Assembly (NCBI GenBank): GCA_963804165.1 | Contig: CAWDPO010000035.1 | Coordinates: 160,001 to 224,000, forward strand | Source of the DNA: an uncultured delta proteobacterium | GTDB lineage: Bacteria; Desulfobacterota; Binatia; UBA9968 | Direction of reading: 5' to 3' | Length of the DNA: 64,000 nucleotides | Shown here: positions 9,717 to 20,500 of the stretch, piece after piece | Numbering within the stretch: the first letter of the stretch is position 1 | Layout of the letters: each line of letters starts with the position of its first letter | Made by a program: the position numbers and the translations under genes | The notes under the pieces: generated by a model | Told to the model about the DNA's origin: nothing | Database searches by the model: none | What the model saw: the letters and a program-made list of their open reading frames with translations, nothing else

Positions 9717-11200
9717 TATTGTTGGGACGAGGCGGGGAAGATCAACGATTTGATGACCACTGGGACGGCGCCGGACGATGGGATCAGCGCGCCGATGTCG
9801 ATGTAGTCAAAATCGCTGAGCGCGATGCCGTCGATGGAGATGATCGGGTTTTGCATCTGTAGTTCTTCTTGAAAATGTAATCCAATAATACCGCCGATGT
9901 CGCCGTCGTTCACCAAAACTAGCGGATGACCTTTGGCGAAGATATCTTTGAGTCCTTCGGCGACGCCGCTGCAGAAAGCCTGCAACCGGAAAAATGTCGC
10001 TGAGCCGTCCCAATGAAACGCCACGGCGACGGGTTGGCGTCCGTGCACTAGATCCAAGCGCCGCAGCGCATTGAGCAGCCCGTCGCGGATCGCGTCCTTG
10101 GTGAAACCATCCTCGCTTAACGGAAACTCCGGCGCGACGACCGCGACGTTGCGCACGGGAACGGCGTCTTCCGGCGAAATAAAAACCGTGTTGCCGCTCA
10201 CTTGAACGGTATATTGCGAGGCGCCGATGACCGTGGCGCGGATGCGCGCTGCTGGCTCCATGACGAGCACTTCTAGGTCCGCCATACGCCGGTGAACTTC
10301 CTGAGCGATCAGAGGGCCGAGATCGCCGAAGGTGGTCTTTTCCCGGTTGTAGATAAACTCCGAGACGCCGCCGGAAAACATCACGCAGTCGATCTCGCCG
10401 TGATACGTCAAGGGCGGTAGCCGGAGCAGCCCTTTCACGTCATCGTTGACGGCTTGCGGTTTGAGCATGGCAAATAATTTGTCGACCATCCCAGCGACCA
10501 TCTTGCGCAAGTCATCCTGTGGGACCCTTTGTCCGAGCTCAACGGTGAATCCCGCCCAGCCGGCATGCTTTCGGCCGGCTTCTTCGATACGCACGACCGC
10601 GCCGTTTGGCTCGAAGGCGAGCAGTCGCGCGCCGATATCGATCGCCGAGACTTCCTGGACCTTGCCGTTGTTGCACAAGGCAAATTTGCTCGTACCGCCG
10701 CCGATATCGATGTTCAAAACGACGCCGCCGATCTTCGCCGAATGCGCCACAGCGCCCGAGCCGTGCGCCGCCATGGTCGCTTCCAGACCGTCTCCGGCGC
10801 TCACGGCGACGAACTTGCCGGCTTCTTCCGCGAACAGTTCCCCAATCGCGCGAGCGTTTCGCCGGCGCACCGCGACGCCGGTGAGAATCAGCGCGCCGGT
10901 ATCGACTTCTTCGCGTTTGATCTTGGCTTTTTTGTATTGCTCGTTGATGAACGCTTCGAGACCTTCGACGTCGATCCTGGTGTCGTCGACGTAGGGCGTG
11001 AGGAGTATTGCCGATTCGTTCAGCACTTCGCGCCGCGTGACGCGATAGCGCGAACCCTCGAGGGTCAGTTCCAATCGGGAGAAAACCAGGTGAGAAGTCG
11101 ACGAGCCAATGTCGACGCCGACGCTGGTGAGCTGGAGCTTTTCTTCCTCCTGCATGTGGCGGTTGGCATTGGAAAACGAACCTCGAGGTGCGGTGGCCAT
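9716..11200 (-). CDS. eutA: EutA-family (ethanolamine ammonia-lyase reactivating factor-like) ASKHA ATPase
   Basis: SVGVDIGSSTSHLVFS, TGALILTG, GKFVAVSAG, NIDIGGGTSK, IRATVIGA and VPVVIKSLIF motifs. Confidence 0.85.
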   Translation of the reverse strand: MATAPRGSFSNANRHMQEEEKLQLTSVGVDIGSSTSHLVFSRLELTLEGSRYRVTRREVLNESAILLTPYVDDTRIDVEGLEAFINEQYKKAKIKREEVDTGALILTGVAVRRRNARAIGELFAEEAGKFVAVSAGDGLEATMAAHGSGAVAHSAKIGGVVLNIDIGGGTSKFALCNNGKVQEVSAIDIGARLLAFEPNGAVVRIEEAGRKHAGWAGFTVELGQRVPQDDLRKMVAGMVDKLFAMLKPQAVNDDVKGLLRLPPLTYHGEIDCVMFSGGVSEFIYNREKTTFGDLGPLIAQEVHRRMADLEVLVMEPAARIRATVIGASQYTVQVSGNTVFISPEDAVPVRNVAVVAPEFPLSEDGFTKDAIRDGLLNALRRLDLVHGRQPVAVAFHWDGSATFFRLQAFCSGVAEGLKDIFAKGHPLVLVNDGDIGGIIGLHFQEELQMQNPIISIDGIALSDFDYIDIGALIPSSGAVPVVIKSLIFPASSQQ

Positions 11201-11227
11201 GAAAATCCTTTGGGTGAATTGAAATCG

Positions 11228-11280
11228 CCTGGAGTCTAGAGCCTGGTATTTAAACTAAACTCCAGACTCTAGACGCGAGA
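11228..11280. repeat. Heptamer-tandem inverted repeat
   Basis: CCTGGAG TCTAGAG CCTGGTA ... CTCCAGA CTCTAGA CGCGAGA. Confidence 0.6.
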
Positions 11281-11287
11281 CAGATTC

Positions 11288-12484
11288 TTAGTAGGAGTGC
11301 TTGTAAAGATCCGGCTCCATGCGTGATTGTGCGCCGACACTTGCCAGCGTTTCTTCGAACTCTTTACGCAGGTACGGATCTTCTTCGTTGTACGGGATCG
11401 CGGTGCCGCCGTCTTTCATGTCGATGGCGCCGTAGTCGATGCCCTTTTCACCGGGCTTGCCGCGATCGCGTCCCGGCGCATTGGGGCCGAACCAAGCGGT
11501 CAGACGCAGGGGCTCTTTGCTCGCGCCAAAATGGGCGTGAAACCAGTTGCCGCTCATCGGCGCCGCGCTCACCATGCCCACCGGTTCATAGTCCTGCCGG
11601 CGGATTTCTTCGGTGGTGCCCTTTTCCCAAGGATGGGTACCTAATTTTGACGGCCAGGTGTAAGTGTATCCTTTGCCGCTCAAGCAAATCAGCACCGCAG
11701 CGGAACCGTGCGCATGCGCCTTCGAGTAACGGCCCGTCTCGTGCTGGCCGATCCACATATAAAATTGCTGTCCCGCCATGTGCGGTTCGATGCGCCGATA
11801 ACCCGGCGAGCGGCGGTTATCCATGGGCAACTCGCAGGACATCACGTCGGGAATAATGTTCGTCTGGCGCATGGCGAGACCTCGAAGCGGGTCCGGCGTG
11901 ACTTCTTCTTTGTACTTGTAGTAGTCGTCGCTCGGATCGAAACGATCTTTGAAATGATAGGGGCAATTGAAGATAAAATCTTCATTGCCAAAGTTATTCA
12001 TAATGTTAGGCGCCGTGGTGCCGCCGAGCAAAAGCGCCGGACTGGAAGTCGCGTTGACGATGCGATGTGTCGCATTCATCGGAATGGCGAAGATCGAACC
12101 CTTCTGCCATTCAAACGTGACCTTCTTCGGATTGCCGTCAATCCAAACCTCGGTCGTGCCGCGGCCGTCGACGACGAGATATTGTTCTTCATACAGATGC
12201 TTTTCGGGATTGAGCGCACCCGCGCCGGGGACTTCGACGACGTAGCAACCCCAGAGACCTTCGGTGCCGAGGAGCTGAATGAATGTGCCGCTGCCGCCCA
12301 TGCGCTTCCACGGTTTGCGCGGCAGATCCTGCACGCGGCGCACGCCGATGTCGCGATAAATCGGAATGCCCTGCGACTCCATGAAGTTGTCATAGGGCGT
12401 GTTCGGCCGGAGAAATTTTCCATAACCGGCCCGGGTCTTTTTATCTGTCGGTTCCTGAAATGTTTGCTCAGCGGGTTGATCCAT
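11288..12484 (-). CDS. Bicupin (two-cupin-domain) protein
   Basis: EKHLYEEQYLVVDGRGTT...IPMNATHRIVN and KAHAHGSAAVLICLSGKGY...WFHAHF cupin motifs; RBS GGAGG. Confidence 0.85.
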   Translation of the reverse strand: MDQPAEQTFQEPTDKKTRAGYGKFLRPNTPYDNFMESQGIPIYRDIGVRRVQDLPRKPWKRMGGSGTFIQLLGTEGLWGCYVVEVPGAGALNPEKHLYEEQYLVVDGRGTTEVWIDGNPKKVTFEWQKGSIFAIPMNATHRIVNATSSPALLLGGTTAPNIMNNFGNEDFIFNCPYHFKDRFDPSDDYYKYKEEVTPDPLRGLAMRQTNIIPDVMSCELPMDNRRSPGYRRIEPHMAGQQFYMWIGQHETGRYSKAHAHGSAAVLICLSGKGYTYTWPSKLGTHPWEKGTTEEIRRQDYEPVGMVSAAPMSGNWFHAHFGASKEPLRLTAWFGPNAPGRDRGKPGEKGIDYGAIDMKDGGTAIPYNEEDPYLRKEFEETLASVGAQSRMEPDLYKHSY

Positions 12485-12594
12485 AATGCCTCCTTCTTGC
12501 TTATATAATTCGTTGGAATCTGCAGATCGGCGTGAGACCACATGCTCAAGCCCAGCGGATTTGAATCAATTATTATCGATTGGTAGACGGGGAG

Positions 12595-13240
12595 TCAAAC
12601 GAACGATCGACGAGACAAGGCGTAAAGTTGTTGGCGATCTCGTGGGCCAAGGACGATGATCCAGCACACAAGGAATCCTGCGCGAATCCAACTATAGGCA
12701 GAATTCGGTCTAACGAATCCTATCCTCGCGGGAATGGGATGCCGAATAAGCAGCAGGCCGAGCACGAGTGAAGATACCAGCGCGCCCACGATCCAAGTGA
12801 GCGATTCAGAGAAAACGGGAATCGCAATCGAGTCGCCCCATACTGGGTAGTCGAAACGTTGCTGCCGGACTCCGTAAATACCACATCGAAAGTGGAATGC
12901 GTGCAACCCAAAGTGTGAGCCATAGAAGGAACAGCGCCCGAACACTCCGCAACCACGGAGATCGGTCATAGAGAAACCAAACGCCGCTCGCGAGCAAGAG
13001 TCCAACCCCAGCGGCACAGAGTCCCCGACCAAAATCGGAGAGCTTTTTGTGTGGGGTCTCGTAAGTGCGCAGCTGGGAATACCACTCCTCAAAGCGTGTC
13101 TCGTATGGCTTGGCTTCGAGCTCGCTTGACAAACGCTCTGGAGCAGTCGCGTCGGTGTAAACTGGCAACGTCATCGCGTAGGTGACGAGGCTTCCGCCAG
13201 CGAGGATCAAAACTATCGAGATTGAAATCGACCAGCGCAT
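12595..13240 (-). CDS. Hypothetical multi-pass membrane protein, one frameshift near 12875
   Basis: Hydrophobic segments in ORF 12806-13300 continue in the frame of ORF 12595-13092 (YGVRQQRFDYPVWGDSIAIP...). Confidence 0.55.
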
Positions 13241-13503
13241 GTCAGGCACTAACTGTTGCTCTATCAGACGACTTCTGACTGGCCTGTCCCATTGGTTCAA
13301 TTAACATCATGGATTACGAACCGATATCCCAATTCATTGATATTTGTAAACTCGTCGCTTGCCGCATTAGTGCGGGATCAGTGGTGGCAGATGATATGAA
13401 AGAGGGTTTACTACTTCCTGGATTTCATCATTCCGGCTTGTCGACGTCTTTCCTGGCAAACACAGACCAGTTTTTCTCTTATAGGACGCTCAAGCAGCTC
13501 TGC

Positions 13504-14109
13504 CTACGCTGCGCCTGGCCCTTTCGTAAACGTCAGCCGGCGATAAACCTGGCGTGTGGAATCGACGTCGCGCTTGCAGTATTCGACTATCTCGGCGAGT
13601 TTACCGGCGCGGTAGTACGGGTAGACTTTAGAGCCGTCGAGGCTTTCCTTCGGCGAAGGGATGCTGAGGGCTTTCGAAAGCGTGTCGAGACTGGCGTGCT
13701 CGCGGCCCCACTTGCTCCACTCCTGCATGGTGTCGTAGATCGGCGCGTTGCGGAACCGGGCGAAAGGAAGATCTCGTGACGGCTTGATCTGATGGATGAT
13801 CGAGCGTTGATAGATGAAGCGCAGGTCAAAGTCTAGGATATTGTGGCCGACGAAGAGGTTGCAGTCGGCGGCCAACTTCCAAAAGGCGTTGATAATTTCC
13901 GTTTCCTCGCCCTGGAGAGCTTGCACTTCGCAACCGACGGGCGGCTCAACGGCGTAGCAGATACAAATAATTTTCGCGGTTACCGCCGATAGGCTGAGCT
14001 TTTTGAGCAGCTCGGCTTCGTTCAACTGAATCTGGGGCTCGAGCAATCCATTTTCTTCAAGTGATCGATCGGTGGGCACGGTTTCAATATCCAAAAAACA
14101 GATTTTCAT
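13504..14109 (-). CDS. Stand-alone DEDD 3'-5' exonuclease (PolB-exo/RNase H-like)
   Basis: LDIET, GHNILDFDL and EYCKRDV Exo I/II/III motifs. Confidence 0.85.
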   Translation of the reverse strand: MKICFLDIETVPTDRSLEENGLLEPQIQLNEAELLKKLSLSAVTAKIICICYAVEPPVGCEVQALQGEETEIINAFWKLAADCNLFVGHNILDFDLRFIYQRSIIHQIKPSRDLPFARFRNAPIYDTMQEWSKWGREHASLDTLSKALSIPSPKESLDGSKVYPYYRAGKLAEIVEYCKRDVDSTRQVYRRLTFTKGPGAA

Positions 14110-14117
14110 GGGAATCC

Positions 14118-17100
14118 TTAAAACAGCGCGAGTTGCCGATTCTTCACAAGCCCGAGCTCGACCGCTTCGCCGAGACGCAGGAAAATTATTTTGAACGCTG
14201 CGATCTCCCGTCCGAGACTCTGCTTGACTGCTTGCGAATAGATTTCCGCCTGTTGGCGATAGCGTTCGGCCGCTTGGCTCAGCTCATTTCGAGCGACTCT
14301 ATCTGTCTTATAGTCGGCTAGGTAAAGCAAGTTGTTTTTTTCGTAGACGAGATCGATGACGCCCTCCATGATCTGGCCGTTCCACGGCATCAAGAGCGGG
14401 ACTTCGCGGCCGAGGATATGCGACTGAGCGAAGTCGGCGTAGGCTTTCGAGCGAAAGAAAGCGCGGAAAATCTCTTGAAGCTCCGATTCAATCTCCCGGC
14501 GGGAGGATTCGAATTCGGTGGGCAGCGCATGACGGATGAAATCGTCAAGCTGGCGCTCGAAGTTTTTGACGTCGCGGGTGAACTCCCAGTTCTGCAGAAA
14601 ACGATGTGCAAGATCACCAACGACAAGCGCCGGCGTTTGCCGAAAGGGTTGTCCGTTCGTTTTGCTGCCTGCTTCAGTCGAAGTTTCTTCTTGCCGTTTG
14701 AGAAGTGTCGGCGTGAGAAACGGCTGGGATTGTCGCGCTTTTTCATAGGCGGACGCGCGCTGTGCCCAAGTATCGACGAAGGCTTGCCAGTTGAGTGTTT
14801 TCTTGGTGCGTTTGGAACTCGTTTTGGTTCGGCTTGGCGCGGCCAGGCTCGCGCTGACTACTTCGATTTCCACCGTGCCATTGCCGGCGTCAACTGTTTT
14901 TGACGCCTCGGCGTCGGCGATGCTGTCGTTGAGCGTGCCGTCGAGCATGGAGAGGAAACTGCCGCCGGATCGCCGGCTGCTCGGCGCGCAGGAGATGATT
15001 AAGTTTTCACGCGCTCGGGTCATGGCAACGTAGAGCAGACGCTTTTGTTCTTCCGCGTTTCTCAGTCTGGTTTTTTCCGCGATGTACAGTCCGGCGAGGT
15101 CTGAAATCGCGCCGATGCGCAGGCCGGTCAGCCCGGTCGACCAATCGAACAACGCTTCGGCATCGGCGCTCCGTCTGCCTTCGATGCCAGTCTGGCACCC
15201 GGCTAAAATCACGATCGGGAATTCCAACCCCTTAGATTTGTGAATGCTCATGATGCGCACAGCGTCGAGATTTTCTTCAGCGAGCACACTCTCGCCTTCC
15301 TCCTTGACGTCGAGTACGCGTTGTTCGAGCTGGCGAATCGCTTCTTTCAGCGTGGTCAATCCTTCGCGGCCAAGTAGTTCCGCTTGTTGCGCCAGCTTTT
15401 GCAAATTTGCCACCGCCTGTTCGCCGTGAAAGTAGCAGGCCGCTAGGAACTCCACCGGCAACGTCGTGAAGATATGCGCTACTGCGGCGCCGATCGGCAG
15501 GGTCCGAGTCTCGTTGTGAAGGCGCGCCAGAGCTTCATAGAGCTCGGCGAGAGTCGGTGCAAAATCTTTCCCAACGAGTTTCTCGGCAGCGCGGTAATCG
15601 AGCAGGTTTTGCCGGTGCAGCTCATAAATTTGCTGGTCGGTGAGCCCGCCCAAAGGCGAGCGCAGTACGCCGACCAATGCGAGGCGGTCGTGGGGATTTT
15701 CCACGGCGCGCAGGAGGTTGACGGCGTCGATGACTTCTTTCGCTGCGTAAAAGTGGCGCTCGCCTTCGACGACGTAACGAATTTCTTGGCGGCGCAAGGG
15801 TTCTAGGTAGTCGTGGATGTCGGTGAGCTTGCGCAAAAGAATGGCGACATCTTTAGGCTGCGCATAGACCTGTTCGCCGAGCGCATTGAGGATCGCGGTT
15901 TTGCCTAAGATCTGTTCCTTTAACCAGCGCGCCAAGCTCTCGCCTTCTAGACGACGCGCGGTTTCGGCATTGGTCTCTTGGTCCGTCGCGACGATCTTTC
16001 GCACCAAGAGCTTCGGGACATGGCTTGGCGCCGCGATTCTTCCGGGCACGGGGTGTATGGCGATGTAGGGCGGCTGCAAATTATCTTGGGCCTGGATGAG
16101 GGTTTCAAAAGCACCGTTGACGACGTCGAGTATCGCCGCATTGCTGCGAAAATTGGTCGTGAGCCGGCATTCGACGCCGTTCTGCGCCTTGATGATTTTC
16201 TCGACGACTTCGAGATAGGCCTCGATGTCGGCCCGGCGAAAAGCATAGATCGACTGTTTGGGATCGCCGACGACGAAGACTTTGCCAGGGGTCAGTTTTA
16301 CCTTACGCCAGTCCTTGGCTGCAGCGCCTTGGGCTTCCGCGAGATAGAGCAGGATCTCGTATTGGATCGGATCGGTGTCTTGAAATTCGTCGATGAGGAT
16401 TGTGCGGTAGCGCCGTTTGAGGTCCGCGCGCACGTGATCTTGGTCGCGGACAAGATTGCGTGCGCGCACGAGCAAGCCGTCGAAGGAAAGATGGCCTTCG
16501 CGGATAAATCGTTCGCGGAAATCTTCGGCGTAGGGAACCAGCAAGCGCCAGAGTAGGCTGGTCAATTCCCCATCGATCTTGACCAGCCCTTTGGCGGCAC
16601 GTACGAGCGTTTGAGCTTCTGCAAAGTCGTCGGGCTCCCAATCCTTGAGCTCTCGACTGATCGTCTTCTCGGACAACAGGGTATGTTCGTCCGCCAATAG
16701 GTCCGACCGCTGTCCGGCTTTCAGAAATTCGCCAAGCACCGCCTGCGCCGCGCGAACTAACTTTTCGTTGAGCCGGTCTTCGGGATGGCGTTCAATCAAG
16801 TTTGCTGCTCGGTCTTCGAGTTGAACCAACCAATCGCGCAGCGCGGGCGAAATTGGGTTCCGCCCATCCAGGTTCTGTCGAAGATCGACGTTTTCCGTGG
16901 AAATCGATTTGGCTAGAGCTTTGATCTGATCGAGTTGACAGAGCGGAAGAATTTTTCGCCAGTCCGCCGCGTGGGAGCTTCGCAGTGAAAGTTCCTGATC
17001 CAGCCAGAGATCCCATTGCTCGTCGAAAAGGCGGTCAAATGCGGCGCCATCGTCCTCGTGAAATTGCGGGTCGACTCCTGCTTCGAGAGGATAAAGCCGG

Positions 17101-17540
17101 AGCAACGTGGCGGCGAAGCTGTGAATCGTGCCGATGTCGCTCCGTTCCATGTTTCTCAGCGCGTCGTGAATGCGGCGGTCCAACTCATCCTTGGAGAGTT
17201 GGTAACACGCGATCAGAGCTTCAATAGCGTTCTGAGTTTTTTTCTCGATGTCATTTGTGGGTTGGCGGTCGAGCTCGACATCGAGAAAAGCTTGCAAGCG
17301 TTGGCGCAGCCGGAACTTCATCTCCTCCGCGGCTTTATTGGTAAAAGTAAGGGCGACGATCTCGGTGATTTTTAGCGGCTCGGGGTTGCGCAACAGCAAA
17401 TGAACGAGGCGATCGACTAACAACGTCGTTTTGCCCGTGCCCGCCCCCGCTGTGACCACGAGGTTGCGATCGAAGGTGGCGATGGCGATTTGGCGATCGC
17501 GGGCGTCGGGCAGTTCGATATTCGCTTGGGTCGCGTTCAT
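14118..17540 (-). CDS. addA: ATP-dependent helicase/nuclease subunit A (UvrD-family helicase with C-terminal PD-(D/E)XK nuclease)
   Basis: AGAGTGKTT, DEFQDTD, VGDPKQSIYAFR, SIHKSKGLEF and LYVAMTRA motifs; GVIDLVY...DYKTD. Confidence 0.92.
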   Translation of the reverse strand: MNATQANIELPDARDRQIAIATFDRNLVVTAGAGTGKTTLLVDRLVHLLLRNPEPLKITEIVALTFTNKAAEEMKFRLRQRLQAFLDVELDRQPTNDIEKKTQNAIEALIACYQLSKDELDRRIHDALRNMERSDIGTIHSFAATLLRLYPLEAGVDPQFHEDDGAAFDRLFDEQWDLWLDQELSLRSSHAADWRKILPLCQLDQIKALAKSISTENVDLRQNLDGRNPISPALRDWLVQLEDRAANLIERHPEDRLNEKLVRAAQAVLGEFLKAGQRSDLLADEHTLLSEKTISRELKDWEPDDFAEAQTLVRAAKGLVKIDGELTSLLWRLLVPYAEDFRERFIREGHLSFDGLLVRARNLVRDQDHVRADLKRRYRTILIDEFQDTDPIQYEILLYLAEAQGAAAKDWRKVKLTPGKVFVVGDPKQSIYAFRRADIEAYLEVVEKIIKAQNGVECRLTTNFRSNAAILDVVNGAFETLIQAQDNLQPPYIAIHPVPGRIAAPSHVPKLLVRKIVATDQETNAETARRLEGESLARWLKEQILGKTAILNALGEQVYAQPKDVAILLRKLTDIHDYLEPLRRQEIRYVVEGERHFYAAKEVIDAVNLLRAVENPHDRLALVGVLRSPLGGLTDQQIYELHRQNLLDYRAAEKLVGKDFAPTLAELYEALARLHNETRTLPIGAAVAHIFTTLPVEFLAACYFHGEQAVANLQKLAQQAELLGREGLTTLKEAIRQLEQRVLDVKEEGESVLAEENLDAVRIMSIHKSKGLEFPIVILAGCQTGIEGRRSADAEALFDWSTGLTGLRIGAISDLAGLYIAEKTRLRNAEEQKRLLYVAMTRARENLIISCAPSSRRSGGSFLSMLDGTLNDSIADAEASKTVDAGNGTVEIEVVSASLAAPSRTKTSSKRTKKTLNWQAFVDTWAQRASAYEKARQSQPFLTPTLLKRQEETSTEAGSKTNGQPFRQTPALVVGDLAHRFLQNWEFTRDVKNFERQLDDFIRHALPTEFESSRREIESELQEIFRAFFRSKAYADFAQSHILGREVPLLMPWNGQIMEGVIDLVYEKNNLLYLADYKTDRVARNELSQAAERYRQQAEIYSQAVKQSLGREIAAFKIIFLRLGEAVELGLVKNRQLALF

Positions 17541-20500
17541 AGTTTCTCGGGATCTTTCCTGCGTAGAGCGCGATGAGGTTCCGTCACTGGATCGTTGTCG
17601 GCGCGCCACAGGCTCGGCGGGTGGTTTTTGCGGCAGATTGCTGCCGCGTCGCAGTGACCGCAATACTCGCCGCGGTTGAGAAAGAAACGGCCCTGGCGGA
17701 CGCCATCGACGAGATAAGCAATGGTTTGTTTGGTTGCCGCGCCGATTTGGTCGGTTAGTCCAGCGCTGTCATAGGAAGTCGAGAGCAGCGGGCCTTCGGC
17801 CCAGCGCGCCGCGATGTAGTAGAAATCCGCTTCGATGGCCGGTCGCGACGGCTTGAAGTGTTGTTCTTCGGCCCAGCGCTGCGCGAGCATGTAGTAAAAG
17901 GGTGGCTGCAATCTCTCGCCGCGCAGAGCCGCGCGGAGAAGATTGGTATCTTGAGTTGCCGGCTTTGCGCCAAATTTAAATTTGTAATCGATGACCCGCA
18001 GGGTGGTGTCGTTACGGTCGATGCGGTCCATCCGCCCACGGATCGCCAGGCCGTTTAGCGGTTCCGGCCAGTCGGCCGGCAATCGCGCGGTCACGCCGGT
18101 TTCCAAATTCACCGGGGTGAAACCGGACTGGGTCAGCTCGCGGAGATCTTGAGCGATGACTTGGCGCAGCAGTTGGACAAGATCGTCTTTGAGGCTGTCC
18201 CAAGCGAGCGGGTAGCCGACGGGATTGTCTTTCTCATAGTCGGCGAACACATGGGCGCCGACCGTGAGCAGGGTGTTTTCTACGTCCAGCGTTGTTGCTT
18301 TGCCGTCAAAATAACCGCCGTCGATCAGAGCGCGGTAAAACGAATTCAAAATCGCATGGCCGATCTCGCCGCGCTCAGCGGGACTGGGTCCGAGGACTTC
18401 TTCGGGGCGGTCGAGCGGTTCCAAGCCGAGCACGTGGCGCGCGAAAAACTGAAACGGGCAACGGGCGTAGGTTTCGAGCGCGGTGGGCGAAAGGCCGCGC
18501 TCGGAGAAATGTTTCCAGTAGCTATCGAGCTTGCCGACCATGCCATCGTAACCAAGCAAGCGGTCGCTGCTTTGATCGACTTCGGCGACAACTTTGCGGC
18601 CTTGTTTGTAGAGGTTCGGTAGTGCGGCGCAGGCTTCGATCAGCGCGGTGGGATCTTGGGCTTCCAGGGTCAGTCGAATTGCCAGTTCCGCCGGCAAGAG
18701 TAAATCCTGTCGATCAAACGGCGGTGTCGCGGCTTTTTCAGTCATGCTCCGCGGGATGTTGATCGTCTCGCTTTGGCGGCCGTTATCGTTGAGAGCGCGG
18801 TTGAGCTCTTCGACGTACCAGGATGGTGCCAGGACTCTGCCGCTGTCGTCCGATCTTTGAAATGAACAATAGAGCCGCTCCCGCGCGGCGCCGACGAGCA
18901 AGGTGAAAAGCAATTTTTCTTCGTCGAAGGCGGCAAGTTTTTGACTCACTTTGTAACCGAGGTCGCGTTCGAGAACGTCGCGGTCGCGATCGCGCAGGAA
19001 GGCGTCTTCGCGGATCGTGCGCGGGAAAACGCCTTCGTTCATGCCTAGAACAAAAAGCGCGCGGAACGATAGGCCGCGCGCCGCCGTGGCGTTAAGCACC
19101 ATGACACCATCGCGATTGCGCCGATCCTCCGTTACGCTGGAGCGTTCCAGCCAGTGCTGAAAGGTATGCGCAAAATCATTCAGCGCGACGCGATTTTCCA
19201 CGCGATCGAGACCGGCGAGTTGGTCTAAGACCTCGAGAATCTCCGCGCCGGGTTCCGAGTCGACGCCCGGCGCTGTTGTTTCGGTGGCAGGCGCAATTCC
19301 GAGATACTTTTTCAGCAAGCTTTTCCAGGCGACGGCATATTCCTGCCACGAAGCTTGCGCCGGCAATTGGGTGAGATCAGCCACCAACGTCTCGACGATA
19401 TTAGCCAATGACGTCAATTGTTTCGCGGCGATGCGAATGACGCGCGGCTCGTCGTCGGCCGATATTTGCCTGAGTGTTAGATCGTGCTGATTGTAACGAC
19501 GCAGCCGGCGCCACTCGGCCGCGCCTTTGCAGATGGCGAGCTCCCGGGTCGCAAGATCCCAGAGCTCTGGGCGTGGCAACGACCGCTCTCCTGCGATGTT
19601 TTGAAGTTGAAAATAAGGGGAAGAGAGCAGATCGATCACTTGGCCGCGTAGGAAGTCCTTCGCGGGCAGATTCAGCAGTAGGATGACGGCTTTGGTCAAC
19701 GGGAACTGCACGAGCGATTCTTCGAGCGTGCCGGCGAGCGGGATGCGATGCTTGTGAAAAGTATCTTTGACGATTTGGCCGTAGGACTCCAGACTTCGCG
19801 CAACGACGCCAATCTCATGAAATTGCATCTTGCCGTCTTCGACGAGTCGCAAGATCTCTTTCGCCGTCACGGCGATTTCATCATGGATGCCGAAAGTATC
19901 GACGATCTGGCACTGCCAGTGTTTCGGAAAATCGGAGTATCTTCGTTCTTTGTTGTCATCAAAAAGCCGCGCATCAGCGGGCAATGCGATTTGAGTTTCT
20001 GACTCTGGTGTCGACTCGATGTTGTGGCCTTGGACATAGCGCTCATAGAAATGCTCGGCGAAGCGCCAGGCTTCATGACTCGGTTTGGCGGCCAGAAGAG
20101 GAAACAATAGCGTGGTTGGATAGTGGCGCGCGACGGCGTAAAAAAAATCTACCTGAATCTGCGTCAGATCGTAAAAACCGTAATAGAAAATTTGATGGAA
20201 TTGTTTCAAGAAACTCGACGCGGGAACTTGTTCGGTGGCGTAGCGGTTCAGGTCGGACTGGTCGGTAATCTTCTGTTGGCGGCAAAAGTGTTGAAAGGTT
20301 TCCAGTAGTACCAAGAGCTGCGATGTGCGTTCGCTGGCGCGCTGACTGAAATGGCCCTCGCCCAGGGCTTCGAGGGCGACCGCCGGATCGACCAATCCGT
20401 CGCGCAGGTCGCGCAATGTTTGCCAGAGCGCAGCGCACCCGCCGGCGCGGTCTTCGATGCCGGCGAAGGGCTCTGCGCCGGATTGGCGGGTCCGAATGAT

